Below are positions 1 to 10,554 of a DNA stretch of 64,000 nucleotides, one piece after another. How positions within the stretch are numbered: position 1 is the stretch's first letter; every line of letters starts with the position of its first letter. The translations under genes were made by a program, and so were the position numbers. This DNA comes from an uncultured Bacillales bacterium (lineage in GTDB: Bacteria; Bacillota_I; Bacilli_A; RFN20; CAG-449): positions 140,120 to 204,119 of the forward strand of contig CAMPBT010000003.1 in assembly GCA_946641515.1 (NCBI GenBank). Direction: 5' to 3'. Under the pieces are notes generated by a model. The model searched no databases. It was not told the origin of the DNA and saw nothing but the letters and a program-made list of their open reading frames with translations.

Positions 1-1887
1 TAAATATGAGTTATTCATATCATCTGTGAAGCCGAGTTTGTTTAATTTCTTTCCAGGGATAGCAATTCTATTGTGGAGGGAAACCTTCTTTGTAGAATAT
101 GCTGTCATAATTTCTTCAACATCTTTGAAGACTGAACCTTCCATATTTGCATAGTGAGTATATAAATCACCTTGCATATTGTCGCCTCTGTCATAGCAAT
201 CTTTAGCATGTCTCATGAAGTCAGCTTGATCTTCTTCTGTTGTTAAATAGAAGTTACCAAGAATCATATCTTGAGATGGGTTAGCGATTGGGTGACCATC
301 CTTAGGACCAAGGATGTTGTTTGAAGCGAGCATTAATTCGAGAGCTTCTTGCTGAGCTTCTTCTGATAGTGGTACGTGGATAGCCATTTGGTCACCATCG
401 AAGTCAGCGTTGAAACCAGCACAAACTAATGGGTGTAAACGCATTGCTCTACCATTGACAAGTACTGGCTTGAAAGCCTGGATACCAAGTCTATGTAATG
501 TAGGAGCACGGTTTAATAATACTGGATGCTGTGGGACAATTTCTTCTACGATATCAAGAACCTTTTCATCGTAGTGGTCAATCATCTTGTTAGCATTTCT
601 ATTTGAAGTAGCGATACCTCTTTCAATCATGACTGAAGCAATAAATGGTCTAAATAATTGAACAGCCATTTCTCTAGGAACACCACATTCGTACATCTTT
701 AAAGATGGACCAACAGCGATAACTGAACGACCTGAGTAGTCAACACGTTTACCAAGTAAGTTCTGTCTGAAACGACCTTGCTTACCTTTTAAGCCTGATG
801 ATAATGATTTTAATGGTCTTCCGCCAGCACCTGTAACAGCCTTAGTTCTACGGCCGTTATCGATTAAAGCATCGACTGCTTCCTGAAGCATACGCTTTTC
901 GTTCATTAAGATAACGTCAGGAGCGTTCATGTCGATTTCTCTCTTTAAACGCATATTACGTGTAATAACACGTCTATATAATTCGTTTAAGTCAGAAGCA
1001 GCATATCTACCACCGTCTAACTGCAACATTGGACGTAAATCTGGTGGTATGACTGGTAATGCATCAAGAATCATCCATTCTGGACGATTGCCTGAGTTCT
1101 TAAATGCTTCAACACATTCAAGTCTCTTGTAGAGTTTCTTTCTTTCAGGTGAAGTGACAGATGTTTTCTTAATCTTTTCAGAGATTTCAACGAATAATTT
1201 GTCTAAATCAACTTCAGAAAGTAATCTCTTTAATGCTTCTGCACCAGAACCGAATTCAGCGCCAGTATATTTGTTGATGAAATTAGCACATGCATTGAAG
1301 TTGAAGACATCTGCTGCTGATTGTAATCTTGCGATTAATTCTTCACCTTTTCTGTAATCATAAGATTCAGGATCTAATGTAGAAATGATTTCTTTGATTG
1401 CAACTGGGAATTCTGTTCTTGAAACTGTTTCATCAAGAACTTCGCCGTATTTTAATACTTTTGAAGTACCTGCATTTAAACAGATATGTGAAACGAAGTA
1501 AGTGACTTCTTCAAGTTTCTTAGGTAAGATACCTAAGATTAAACCAATTCTTGAAGGTACACCTTTTAAATACCAGATGTGAGCGCATGGTGAACATAAT
1601 TCAATGTGACCCATTCTTTCACGTCTAACTGCCTTTGTAGTAACTTCAACACCACATTTTTCACATACGATGTCTTTGAATCTAATTTTCTTATATTTAC
1701 CACAGTGACATTCATAATCTTTAGCAGGGCCAAAGATCTTTTCACAGAATAAACCATCCATTTCTGGTTTCTGTGATCTATAGTTAATAGTTTCAGGTTT
1801 TGTAACTTCACCATGAGACCATTCTCTAATTTTTTCAGGGGATGCTAAAGCAACCTGAACTGCTGCAATTTTATTTACATCAAACAT
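1..1887 (-). CDS. rpoC: RNA polymerase beta' subunit, 5' part (runs off left edge)
   Basis: Not in the ORF track; translated by hand from ATG at 1887: [28 protein letters not shown]..., Zn-finger ECHCGKYK...[20 protein letters not shown] and catalytic NADFDGD; RBS GGAGG upstream. Confidence 0.99.
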   Translation of the reverse strand, partial: MFDVNKIAAVQVALASPEKIREWSHGEVTKPETINYRSQKPEMDGLFCEKIFGPAKDYECHCGKYKKIRFKDIVCEKCGVEVTTKAVRRERMGHIELCSPCAHIWYLKGVPSRIGLILGILPKKLEEVTYFVSHICLNAGTSKVLKYGEVLDETVSRTEFPVAIKEIISTLDPESYDYRKGEELIARLQSAADVFNFNACANFINKYTGAEFGSGAEALKRLLSEVDLDKLFVEISEKIKKTSVTSPERKKLYKRLECVEAFKNSGNRPEWMILDALPVIPPDLRPMLQLDGGRYAASDLNELYRRVITRNMRLKREIDMNAPDVILMNEKRMLQEAVDALIDNGRRTKAVTGAGGRPLKSLSSGLKGKQGRFRQNLLGKRVDYSGRSVIAVGPSLKMYECGVPREMAVQLFRPFIASVMIERGIATSNRNANKMIDHYDEKVLDIVEEIVPQHPVLLNRAPTLHRLGIQAFKPVLVNGRAMRLHPLVCAGFNADFDGDQMAIHVPLSEEAQQEALELMLASNNILGPKDGHPIANPSQDMILGNFYLTTEEDQADFMRHAKDCYDRGDNMQGDLYTHYANMEGSVFKDVEEIMTAYSTKKVSLHNRIAIPGKKLNKLGFTDDMNNSYL

Positions 1888-1900
1888 TGTTTAGTACCTC

Positions 1901-4900
1901 CTAGTCAGCGTTCTCTTCTTCTTGAGAGATAGCCTTTGTTTCAGAAGTTAACTGCTTAACTTCCATAGAAATCTTTCTTGCTTCTTTTTCGTTATCTTTA
2001 GCGAGGTTAGAAACATCGATTTCTTTTGATTCATTATCAAGTAACTTAACATCAATTGCTAAGCCTTGTAATTCTTTAGTTAAAACACGGAATGCTTCTG
2101 GCATACCTGGTTTTGGAATATTGTTACCCTTGATAATTGCTTCGTAAGTTTTTGCTCTACCTACCATATCATCTGACTTAATTGTCATGATTTCTTGTAA
2201 GATGTGAGCAGCACCATAAGCTTCAAGAGCCCAAACTTCCATTTCACCAAATCTTTGACCACCGTTTTGAGCTTTACCACCAAGTGGCTGCTGAGTAACA
2301 AGTGAGTAAGGACCAGTTGCACGAGCATGTAATTTATCATCGACCATGTGGACTAATTTAATCATGTACATGACACCGACTGAGATTCTATCATCAAATC
2401 TTTCGCCAGTTCTTCCATCATATAAAACTGTCTTTCCGTCTTCATCCATGCCAGCTTGTTTCATTAAATCGAAGATTTCATCATTTGAAATACCATCGAA
2501 AACTGGAGTAGCAATCTTAAGACCGCCTAACTTCTTACAAGCCATACCTAAGTGTAATTCAAGGATTTGACCGATGTTCATACGTGAAGGAACACCTAAT
2601 GGGTTTAACATGATATCAACTGGAGTTCCATCTGGTAAATATGGCATATCTTCTACTGGAAGGATTCTTGAAATAACACCTTTGTTACCGTGTCTACCAG
2701 ACATCTTATCACCTTCAGAGATCTTTCTCTTTTGAGCGATATAGACTTTGATGACTTCGTTAACGCCAGCATCAAGTTCAGCACCATCTTCACGTTTGAA
2801 TCTCTTGACGTCTACAACAATACCTGCACCACCATGTGGGACACGTAATGAAGTATCTTTGCCGTCTTTAGTCTTTTCTGCAAAGATTGCCATTAATAAT
2901 TTTTCTTCTGGAGTTGGTTCAGTAACACCTTTTGGTGTAACTTTACCGACTAAGATATCGTCTTCCTTAACTTCTGCGCCAGGGATGATGATACCATTTT
3001 TGTCTAAGTTAGCTTTCATGCTTTCTGAGACGTTTGGAATATCTGAAGTAATTTCTTCATCACCAAGTTTTGTTGTTCTGCATTCGACTTGGTATTCTTC
3101 AATGTGGATTGAAGTATAGACATCGTCTTTAACAAGTCTTTCTGACATGATGACAGCATCTTCGTAGTTATAACCATTCCAAGTCATAAATGCGACTGTA
3201 ACGTTTTGACCTAAAGCGAGGTCACCATTATCCATAGCAGGGCCATCAGCAAGGATTTCACCCTTTTCAACTTTTTGACCAATCTTAACAATTGGAGTTT
3301 GGTTGAAGCAAGTGCCTGCGTTAGAACGTGTGAACTTTTGGAGAATGTAATTTAAATCATTACCTTCTTCATCAGTAACAATAATATGTTTTGAATCGAC
3401 ATATTTAACTGTACCACCAACTTTTGCTACAACTGCTGAACCAGCATCGTGAGCAATGTTGTATTCCATACCAGTACCAACAAATGGTGCATGTGGTTTT
3501 AAAAGTGGTAAAGCTTGTCTTTGCATGTTAGATCCCATTAAAGCTCTATGAACGTCATCGTTTTCAAGGAATGGAATACATGCAGCAGCGACTGAAACAA
3601 TCTGCTTTGGAGAAACATCAACGTAGTCAATTCTTTCTCTTAAAGCTAAGACGTTTTCACCATTTAATCTTGCGATAATATGTGAATCTAAGATTTCATT
3701 GTTAGGCCCCATATTTAAATCGGAAGATGCAATGTAGTGATTTCTTTCGTTATCTGCTGATAAGTAAACTGTTTCATCAGTAACTACTGGAACGATTTCA
3801 CCATTGATTTCCTTATGAACAACTTTACGATATGGAGTTTCAATGAAACCATACTTATTAATCTTTGCGTATGTTGCTAAGTTGTTGATTAAACCAATGT
3901 TTTGTCCTTCAGGTGTTTCAATTGGACAGATTCTACCATAGTGAGAATAGTGAACGTCACGAACTTCAAATGAAGCTCTATCTCTTGTTAAACCTCCAGG
4001 GCCTAAAGCAGAGATACGTCTCTTATTTGATAATTCTGCAAGTGGGTTAACCTGATCCATGAATTGTGATAACTGTGATGATGAGAAGAATTCTCTAATT
4101 GCAGAAACTAAAGGTCTGATATTTGTTAATGTCTTAGCAGTAACAACACCTTCAGTAGTTAATGACATCTTGTCTTTAACTGTTCTTTCCATTCTTGTTA
4201 AACCAATTCTGAATTGGTTCTGGATTAATTCACCGACAGCCTTAATACGTCTATTTCCTAAGTGGTCGATATCATCAATATTACCAACGCCATCTATAAC
4301 GTTTGTATAGTATGAGAAACATGCAATGATATCAGAAATTGTGACGTAAGAGCAATCAATGTTGAGGTCATTACCAATAACATTAACAACTTTTGTCTGT
4401 TCTGCATCAGCATAAACTTTAACGATGTTTACAACGTTGTGATTATCGAGTTGTTCGTTAATATCGAGGTGATATACGTGAGCACCCTTTTCAAAGAATT
4501 TATCTGCAACTAATTGTGCAAGAACTTCTTTAGTAATTGTCTGTCCTGGTTCTAAGACGACTTCACCATCAACAGAAACTAATGGTTCAGCGACTACTCT
4601 ATCAAGTAATCTGTCGTAGATACCTAACTTCTTGTTAAATTTAAATCTACCAGCTCTTCCTAAGTCATAGTGTTTTCTATCAAAGAAACGTGCTCTTAAG
4701 AATGAAGCAGCAGAATCATTTGGAGCAGGTTCGCCTGGTCTTAACTTGTTATAGATAGCAAGTAAAGCACCCTGTGAAGAATAATCGAATGGTTTTCCAT
4801 CTTTTTCTTCTTTAGTTACGATTGATTCCTGTTCCTTTTGAATTGTATTTGCAAGGAATGAGTCATCACCAAATAATTCAATCATCTTATCGAAATCAGT

Positions 4901-5509
4901 GATACCTAATGCTCTTAAGAAGATAGTTACTGGTAATTTTCTATTTCTATCAATTCTAACTGAAATTGTTTCTTTTGAGTCAGATTCAAATTGTAACCAT
5001 GTACCACGCTGAGGGATTAAATCACCAGAGTATGATGTGTTACCAATTTTGTCCTTTTCCTTGTGCATATAAGCACCAGGTGAACGAACAATCTGAGAAA
5101 CGATAGCTCTTTCTGCGCCGTGGATGATGAATGTACCAGAATCTGTCATTAATGGGAAGTCACCCATGAAGACTTCGTTTTCTGTAATTTCACCAGTGTC
5201 CTTTTTGAAAAGTCTTAATGTAGCTTTTAAAGGTGCGCAGTAGTTTAAGTCTCTTGATTTGCATTCTAAGTAATCGAACTTAGGTGCATCGAAATGGCAA
5301 CCGACATAATCGATTTCAAGTTTGTCATTTCTATCTGAAATTGGATAGATGTCTCTGAAAACTTCATCGATTCCTTCTTCAAGTAACCATTTGTAAGACT
5401 CAGTTTGGATTTCAACTAAGTTTGGTAATGGATATGTACCTGATAACTTAGAATAATCTCTACGTCCATTGTGAAGGTATTTGTAATTTTTTTCTAAATT
5501 TTTGCTCAT
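1901..5509 (-). CDS. rpoB: RNA polymerase beta subunit
   Basis: 1202 aa with [21 protein letters not shown] and [18 protein letters not shown] motifs. Confidence 0.99.
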   Translation of the reverse strand: MSKNLEKNYKYLHNGRRDYSKLSGTYPLPNLVEIQTESYKWLLEEGIDEVFRDIYPISDRNDKLEIDYVGCHFDAPKFDYLECKSRDLNYCAPLKATLRLFKKDTGEITENEVFMGDFPLMTDSGTFIIHGAERAIVSQIVRSPGAYMHKEKDKIGNTSYSGDLIPQRGTWLQFESDSKETISVRIDRNRKLPVTIFLRALGITDFDKMIELFGDDSFLANTIQKEQESIVTKEEKDGKPFDYSSQGALLAIYNKLRPGEPAPNDSAASFLRARFFDRKHYDLGRAGRFKFNKKLGIYDRLLDRVVAEPLVSVDGEVVLEPGQTITKEVLAQLVADKFFEKGAHVYHLDINEQLDNHNVVNIVKVYADAEQTKVVNVIGNDLNIDCSYVTISDIIACFSYYTNVIDGVGNIDDIDHLGNRRIKAVGELIQNQFRIGLTRMERTVKDKMSLTTEGVVTAKTLTNIRPLVSAIREFFSSSQLSQFMDQVNPLAELSNKRRISALGPGGLTRDRASFEVRDVHYSHYGRICPIETPEGQNIGLINNLATYAKINKYGFIETPYRKVVHKEINGEIVPVVTDETVYLSADNERNHYIASSDLNMGPNNEILDSHIIARLNGENVLALRERIDYVDVSPKQIVSVAAACIPFLENDDVHRALMGSNMQRQALPLLKPHAPFVGTGMEYNIAHDAGSAVVAKVGGTVKYVDSKHIIVTDEEGNDLNYILQKFTRSNAGTCFNQTPIVKIGQKVEKGEILADGPAMDNGDLALGQNVTVAFMTWNGYNYEDAVIMSERLVKDDVYTSIHIEEYQVECRTTKLGDEEITSDIPNVSESMKANLDKNGIIIPGAEVKEDDILVGKVTPKGVTEPTPEEKLLMAIFAEKTKDGKDTSLRVPHGGAGIVVDVKRFKREDGAELDAGVNEVIKVYIAQKRKISEGDKMSGRHGNKGVISRILPVEDMPYLPDGTPVDIMLNPLGVPSRMNIGQILELHLGMACKKLGGLKIATPVFDGISNDEIFDLMKQAGMDEDGKTVLYDGRTGERFDDRISVGVMYMIKLVHMVDDKLHARATGPYSLVTQQPLGGKAQNGGQRFGEMEVWALEAYGAAHILQEIMTIKSDDMVGRAKTYEAIIKGNNIPKPGMPEAFRVLTKELQGLAIDVKLLDNESKEIDVSNLAKDNEKEARKISMEVKQLTSETKAISQEEENAD

Positions 5510-5682
5510 GCAAATTCTCCTTCTTGATTAGCTCTTTTTCCTGCCTCAAGTTCCAGGTGATTTTTCACACGTATATATGTATGCGCGCGCAGCATTATAA
5601 AATCATTATTTTGCAAATACCCCCTATATAAGGGTATTTACACCATAAAAATGAACCGGATTTTGTATGGGTATAAATGGGC

Positions 5683-5716
5683 AAAAACCTACCCCATGAA
5701 AACATGAGGCAGGTTT
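5683..5716 (-). terminator. Intrinsic terminator after rplL
   Basis: Hairpin AAACCTGCCTCATG-TTTT-CATGGGGTAGGTTTTT on the minus strand. Confidence 0.6.
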
Positions 5717-5744
5717 ACCTATTTTTTAATGAACGAAATTAAAC

Positions 5745-6116
5745 TTATTTAACTTCAACTTCTGCGCCAGCTGCGACTAAAGCTTTCTTGTGTTCTTCAG
5801 CTTCTACTGGTGAGATGTGTTCTTTGATTGTTGATGGGCATGCATCAACTAATTTCTTTGCATCAATTAAGCCTAAGCCTGTGATAGCTTGAACTGCTTT
5901 GATAACTGCAACTTTTGCTGAACCAAATGATTTTAAGATTAATGAAACTTCTGCTGGTCCTTTTGCTGCTTCTTCTTCTGCTGCTGGTGCTGCTGCAACT
6001 GCTGCTGCTGCTGTTACACCGAATTCTTCTTCGATTGCTTTAACTAAGTCGTTTAATTCAACAACTGTCATTTCTTTAACTGAAGCAATGATTTCTTCGT
6101 TTGTTAATTTTGCCAT
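5745..6116 (-). CDS. rplL: 50S ribosomal protein L7/L12
   Basis: [20 protein letters not shown], Ala-rich hinge, KVAVIKAV...[12 protein letters not shown]. Confidence 0.98.
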   Translation of the reverse strand: MAKLTNEEIIASVKEMTVVELNDLVKAIEEEFGVTAAAAVAAAPAAEEEAAKGPAEVSLILKSFGSAKVAVIKAVQAITGLGLIDAKKLVDACPSTIKEHISPVEAEEHKKALVAAGAEVEVK

Positions 6117-6140
6117 TTTTAAATTCCTCCTAAATAATGG

Positions 6141-6626
6141 TTATTGTTTTTCTGCTACAGCCTTGATAGCACATGCTAAATTTCTGACTGGAGCCTGTAA
6201 TACAGAGAGTAACATTGATAATAAGCCATCTCTGCCTGGAAGTTTTGCGAGTGTTTTAATTTCATCTGCGCTTACAACTTTGCCGTCAACTAAGCCACCT
6301 TTGATAACTAAGTTTTCGTGTGTCTTAGCGAATTTTGCGACTACATTTGCACCTGAGATTTCATCGTTTGCGACTACTAATGCGTTAGGGCCTTCTAAGA
6401 ACTGATCGAGTTCTTCATAGCCTAATTCATCATTTGCTTTTGCAACCATAGTGTTCTTGTAGACGAACATCTTTGCGTCTTTCTTAAGAAGATCTCTCTT
6501 AAGAGAAGAAATTTCAGAAACTGTTAAGCCACGGTATTCAACGATAACGACTGACTTTGAACCTTTAATTAAGTTAACGATTTCTTCAACAGTTTTCTTC
6601 TTGTTTTCTAAAACGTTCTGATTCAT
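6141..6626 (-). CDS. rplJ: 50S ribosomal protein L10 (start moved to ATG 6626, MNQNVLENKK)
   Basis: EYRGLTVSEI, VYKNTM, LEGPNA, LAKLPGRDGLLSMLL; AAGGAGG RBS at 6634-6640. Confidence 0.98.
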   Translation of the reverse strand: MNQNVLENKKKTVEEIVNLIKGSKSVVIVEYRGLTVSEISSLKRDLLKKDAKMFVYKNTMVAKANDELGYEELDQFLEGPNALVVANDEISGANVVAKFAKTHENLVIKGGLVDGKVVSADEIKTLAKLPGRDGLLSMLLSVLQAPVRNLACAIKAVAEKQ

Positions 6627-6699
6627 TCTGGCGCCTCCTTTTCTTATTTTTTTGTTTGTTGGATTTAGCAACAATATACAGAGTTTGTATACATTATAG

Positions 6700-6755
6700 T
6701 ATTTACCTCGGCAACATTATTAAGACCCTTGTCCGTTGCTGTCTATGGTATATTG
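6700..6755 (-). promoter_or_regulatory. L10 leader (autogenous ribosomal protein leader)
   Basis: Minus strand CCATAGACAGCAAC...TTAA...GTTGCCGAGGTA matches the AGACAGC...CCGAGG pattern of L10 leaders, directly upstream of rplJ. Confidence 0.75.
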
Positions 6756-6772
6756 GAGCTTTAAAAAAGTGA

Positions 6773-7459
6773 TTATCTGCCGTCAAATGTTAATCCAATT
6801 GCTGGACCCATTGTTGTGTGAACGACAGCGTTCTTAACATAAACACCTTTGACTGCTGCTGGTCTAACCTTAACGATTGTATCAACAACTGACTGGATGT
6901 TGTCTGCTAATGTGTTAGCATCGAATGAGACTCTGCCAACTGAGACGTGGATGTTACCATCTTTGTCTGTTCTGTATTCAACTTTACCAGCCTTGATTTC
7001 AGCAATTGCTTTGCCGATATCTGGAGAGACTGTACCTGATTTTGGGTTAGGCATTAAACCTTTAGGGCCTAAGATCTTACCCATTTTACCAAGTTCAACC
7101 ATCATATCTGGAGTAGCGACAATGACGTCGAAGTCGAACCAGTTTTCTGTTTTGATTTTGTCGAGCATTTCTTTGCCACCAACATAATCTGCACCAGCTT
7201 CTTTAGCTTCTGCTTCTTTATGTGTGATTGCTAAGATTTTCTTTGTTTTACCGTTACCGTGTGGTAATACGATAGTTCCTCTTAACTGTTGATCAGCTTG
7301 TTTTGGATCAATGTTGAGGTTGAATGAAAGATCAACTGTTGCATCGAACTTAACTGTTGATGTTTCTTTTACTAATGCACTTGCTTCAGCGATTGTGTAT
7401 AACTTTGTAGAATCGACTTTAGAAGCAGCTGCTTGATATTTTTTACCGAACTTCTTCAT
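6773..7459 (-). CDS. rplA: 50S ribosomal protein L1
   Basis: KFDATVDL, QQLRGTIVLPHGNGK, LGPKGLMPNPKSGTV, TTMGP. Confidence 0.99.
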   Translation of the reverse strand: MKKFGKKYQAAASKVDSTKLYTIAEASALVKETSTVKFDATVDLSFNLNIDPKQADQQLRGTIVLPHGNGKTKKILAITHKEAEAKEAGADYVGGKEMLDKIKTENWFDFDVIVATPDMMVELGKMGKILGPKGLMPNPKSGTVSPDIGKAIAEIKAGKVEYRTDKDGNIHVSVGRVSFDANTLADNIQSVVDTIVKVRPAAVKGVYVKNAVVHTTMGPAIGLTFDGR

Positions 7460-7472
7460 AATTTCCTCCTAC

Positions 7473-7886
7473 TTAGTCCTTGATTTCAATACCCATATTC
7501 TTTGCTGAGCCTTCAACAATCTTCATTGCTGCTTCGACATCATAGCAATTTAAATCTGGGAGCTTGTATTCAGCAATCTCTTTTAACTGTGCTTTTGTGA
7601 TTGAGCCAACTTTGTTTGCTTTTGAGTTAGCTGAACCTTTTTTAACGCCTGCTTTTTCTTTTAATAATTCAGCAACAGGTGTTGTTTTGATGACATAGTC
7701 GAATGACTTGTCTTCATAAGCTGTAATGATAACTGGAACAGTCTTGCCGTTTCTATCAGCTGTCTTAGCGTTAAAGTCTGTACAGAACTTTGGCATTAAG
7801 ATACCTGCAGATGCAAGTTTTGGTCCTGGTTTTGCTTGTCCACCTGGGATTTCAAGCTTTACAACTTTTGCGATTTTCTTACTCAC
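7473..7886 (-). CDS. rplK: 50S ribosomal protein L11 (GTG start)
   Basis: KFCTDFNAKT, PVIITAYEDKSFDYVIKTTP, EGSAKNMGI. Confidence 0.98.
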   Translation of the reverse strand: MSKKIAKVVKLEIPGGQAKPGPKLASAGILMPKFCTDFNAKTADRNGKTVPVIITAYEDKSFDYVIKTTPVAELLKEKAGVKKGSANSKANKVGSITKAQLKEIAEYKLPDLNCYDVEAAMKIVEGSAKNMGIEIKD

Positions 7887-7923
7887 GTGACATTCCTCCT
7901 ATAAAAAATTTTGTGTCCGTGCC

Positions 7924-7970
7924 GTGGTTAAATGGATCTGTAATCCTTTGAGGATTAGATATCCTCCCAC
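7924..7970 (-). promoter_or_regulatory. Structured rplK leader hairpin, candidate L1-binding site
   Basis: GTGGGAGGAT-ATC-TAATCCT-CAA-AGGATTA-CA-GATCC-ATTTAACCAC: GTGG/CCAC outer stem with a GGAG internal loop. Confidence 0.5.
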
Positions 7971-8023
7971 TGCCGCATAATTGTGGTAGATTTGTCTACT
8001 CCTGACAAAATCCACGCTCGCTT

Positions 8024-8052
8024 ATTATATGTTAATAACATAGTTATTGCAA
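8024..8052 (-). promoter_or_regulatory. Sigma-A promoter of rplK-rplA
   Basis: TTGCAA-17 bp-TATAAT on the minus strand. Confidence 0.7.
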
Positions 8053-8176
8053 GCATTATTTAATAATTTTGAAATATTATTCCTTTTACTTTAGTAAAAT
8101 GCTACAAATACGTCCTATAGATACGCACTTTGGTACGCCAAAATCCGTTAACATAACATACGTAATAAAAAAGGGT

Positions 8177-8201
8177 AAAAAAAAGGAGGTAAAACCTCCT
8201 T
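8177..8201 (-). terminator. Intrinsic terminator after nusG
   Basis: AGGAGGT-TTT-ACCTCCT followed by a T run. Confidence 0.8.
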
Positions 8202-8205
8202 AAAA

Positions 8206-8760
8206 TTAGTCAACTTTTTGAACTTCTGAGAACTTAACTTGAATCTGAGTATCTCTACCGAAGAATGTTGTTCCGATAGTAACTTCACCAGTTTCTTGAT
8301 TAATTTCTTCAATTTTACCTTCGAGTCCTTCAAATGAACCTGTGAGAACTTTGACAATATCACCTGGTTGATATGAAGAATACATATCTGAATCGACAAT
8401 ACCCATAATCTTTAAGACTGGTTCAATCTGTTCTTGTGGAATTGGTGTAGGTTTTGTACCTCCACCTGAAGATCCTACGAACCCAGTAACACCTGGTGTG
8501 TTACGTACGATAAACCAAGCTTCGTCTGTCATAATCATTTCAACGAAGATATAGCCTGGGTATAAGTTTTTGATTTTTGTTTTACCTGTAGGTTTGCCAT
8601 CTTTCATAACAGGAACTTCGTGTTCTGCTACGACTACTCTAAAGATATAATCTTGTAAACCTTGTGTTTCAATACGTTTTTCTAAGTTTTCTTTAACTTT
8701 ATTTTCGTGTGAAGAGTATGAAGAAACAGCATACCATTCTTTTTCTTGCTTTAATTCCAT
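8206..8760 (-). CDS. nusG: Transcription elongation factor NusG
   Basis: WYAVSSYSSHENKVK, NLYPGYIFVEM, VRNTPGVTGFVG and a C-terminal KOW domain. Confidence 0.98.
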   Translation of the reverse strand: MELKQEKEWYAVSSYSSHENKVKENLEKRIETQGLQDYIFRVVVAEHEVPVMKDGKPTGKTKIKNLYPGYIFVEMIMTDEAWFIVRNTPGVTGFVGSSGGGTKPTPIPQEQIEPVLKIMGIVDSDMYSSYQPGDIVKVLTGSFEGLEGKIEEINQETGEVTIGTTFFGRDTQIQVKFSEVQKVD

Positions 8761-8771
8761 CTTAAAATCTC

Positions 8772-9035
8772 CTATTTAATCATTAACCAAGTATTAATAA
8801 CTCTCATTGCTGCTGCAGCAGATGATGAATCAGCGCTTGTTCCTTTTGGGAAAGCACCATCTAAGTCTTGTAAGAGTTTTGAAATAATAAGGTCATCAAC
8901 AACTAAACAAATCGCAACAAAAATAACAACGCATAATACTGTTGCAACTGCTGTCGCTAATTCTTTTCTCTTTGGCCATCTGACCATCTTTCCTTGCTTC
9001 CAAACACCTTGGAAGTATCTTCTAATCTTGTACAT
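8772..9035 (-). CDS. secE: Preprotein translocase SecE, with C-terminal extension
   Basis: KMVRWPKRKEL plus one TM helix; located between rpmG and nusG. Confidence 0.9.
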   Translation of the reverse strand: MYKIRRYFQGVWKQGKMVRWPKRKELATAVATVLCVVIFVAICLVVDDLIISKLLQDLDGAFPKGTSADSSSAAAAMRVINTWLMIK

Positions 9036-9046
9036 AGACTCCCCCT

Positions 9047-9196
9047 CTATTTGGATTCTTTATGCAATGTCATTTGATTGCATTTTGGGCAAAATTTTTT
9101 AAGCTCCATCCTTTTACTAGATTGGTCTTTTTTCTTGGTAGTACTATAGTTTCTGGATAGGCATTTTGAGCATATTAAAATAACTTTTTCTCTCAT
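9047..9196 (-). CDS. rpmG: 50S ribosomal protein L33, zinc-binding (C+) form
   Basis: Below the ORF-track cutoff; [49 protein letters not shown], two CxxC motifs. Confidence 0.97.
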   Translation of the reverse strand: MREKVILICSKCLSRNYSTTKKKDQSSKRMELKKFCPKCNQMTLHKESK

Positions 9197-9243
9197 CTAT
9201 TATCACTCTACCTTTCATTTTGCTGTAGTAATTATACATAGTA

Positions 9244-9804
9244 TTAAAATTTTTTACAATTCTTTTTTTCTAAAAGGTTACGTAAGTATTCTTTTGCTTT
9301 ATGAATCTCGTATTCAACATTACGATATTTGATGTTTAATATCTTGCTTATTTCTTCTTGAGTATGCCCATGCATCCATAAAAACACGACCTTATAAGTC
9401 TTAGGATATTTCGCTTTTAATCGATCTAATAAGTTAGAAGAATCAATAGTAGCATCATCAAGTTCATAAGAGATTCCAAACCCTTCATCAAAGTTTCCAC
9501 ATTCTGTTGAATTAACTATTACTGTTTTCCTTCTTACTTCCTTAATTATTTCGCGCGTGTATATAAGAGCAAGGTAACTAATAAATTTTCCTCTATCTCT
9601 TTCATATCCTTCTAAAGCAATATACATAACATAATAAAGCATACTCTTAATCTCACTTAAGTCGTAAAAATAGTTTGAATATGGTTTTAAAATAAGTTTC
9701 ATAAAGTTTAAATTATTCTCATAACGAGAAAAAAGAAGCCTTTCGGCTTCCTTATTTTGTTGTTTAATTAAATAAATTAATTCGTCGTCACTTAAATATT
9801 CCAT
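9244..9804 (-). CDS. Alternative sigma-70 family factor (SigH/ComX-like)
   Basis: N-terminal LSDDELI, region-2-like YIALEGYERDRGKFISY, C-terminal HTH GHTQEEISKILNIKYRNVEYEIHKAK; at the conserved sigH position between rlmB and rpmG. Confidence 0.8.
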   Translation of the reverse strand: MEYLSDDELIYLIKQQNKEAERLLFSRYENNLNFMKLILKPYSNYFYDLSEIKSMLYYVMYIALEGYERDRGKFISYLALIYTREIIKEVRRKTVIVNSTECGNFDEGFGISYELDDATIDSSNLLDRLKAKYPKTYKVVFLWMHGHTQEEISKILNIKYRNVEYEIHKAKEYLRNLLEKKNCKKF

Positions 9805-9806
9805 GA

Positions 9807-10535
9807 TTATTTATTTGGATTACGTTTAGAAAAAATTTCCGAAATGAGAATAGCCGCCGCTACACTGGCATTAAGGGAATTAACGTGTCCAACCATTGGA
9901 ATTTTAACAGTAAAATCACTATTTTTTAAGACTAATTTACTAATCCCAAAACCTTCCGATCCTACTACCAAAACAGTCTTCATTTTGTAATCTAAATCAC
10001 GGTAATCATTAGTAGCTTCACCATCTGTAGAAACTACCCAATAGCCATTATCTTTAAGTTTTTTAATCGCTTGGTTAAGGTTAGTAACCATAGCACATGG
10101 TACATATTCAATTGCGCCAGTAGAAACTTTTGCAACTGTTGAGTTTAATCCAACTTGTCTATTTGCCCCAATAATTAGGCCATTTACGCCAAAAGCGTCA
10201 CATGATCTTAAGATTGCACCTACATTATGAGGATCTTCAATTCCATCGAGTAAAACAAGTAATGCATTTTCATTATTCTTGTTATCTTCAATAATTTTAT
10301 CTAAATCAACATAATCATAAGATTCAGTTTCTGCAATGATACCTTGATGAACGACATTACCTACCAATTTAGTAATTTCATTGTTGGAAACTACTTTATA
10401 TTTAAAATGTTTCTCTTTTAATAATTTAAAGATTCTGTCATCACGAAAGGAACTAGTCATCATAATGTTAGAAATAGAATCATTGTGAGATAAGGCATTT
10501 GCAACCATGTTTTTTCCATAAATATAGTCTTTCAT
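9807..10535 (-). CDS. rlmB: 23S rRNA (Gm2251) 2'-O-methyltransferase
   Basis: SPOUT motifs LDGIEDPHNVGAILRS, VGSEGFGI, SLNASVAAAIL. Confidence 0.93.
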   Translation of the reverse strand: MKDYIYGKNMVANALSHNDSISNIMMTSSFRDDRIFKLLKEKHFKYKVVSNNEITKLVGNVVHQGIIAETESYDYVDLDKIIEDNKNNENALLVLLDGIEDPHNVGAILRSCDAFGVNGLIIGANRQVGLNSTVAKVSTGAIEYVPCAMVTNLNQAIKKLKDNGYWVVSTDGEATNDYRDLDYKMKTVLVVGSEGFGISKLVLKNSDFTVKIPMVGHVNSLNASVAAAILISEIFSKRNPNK

Positions 10536-10554
10536 GATGTTTTCCTCCTATTAA

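Noticed and set aside
5977-6015. GCT/GCA trinucleotide repeats in rplL
   Set aside because: This is the normal Ala-rich hinge of L7/L12
8109-8162. Four TACG words spaced 12-25 bp apart between nusG and rplK
   Set aside because: The word is too short and the spacing irregular; compatible with chance
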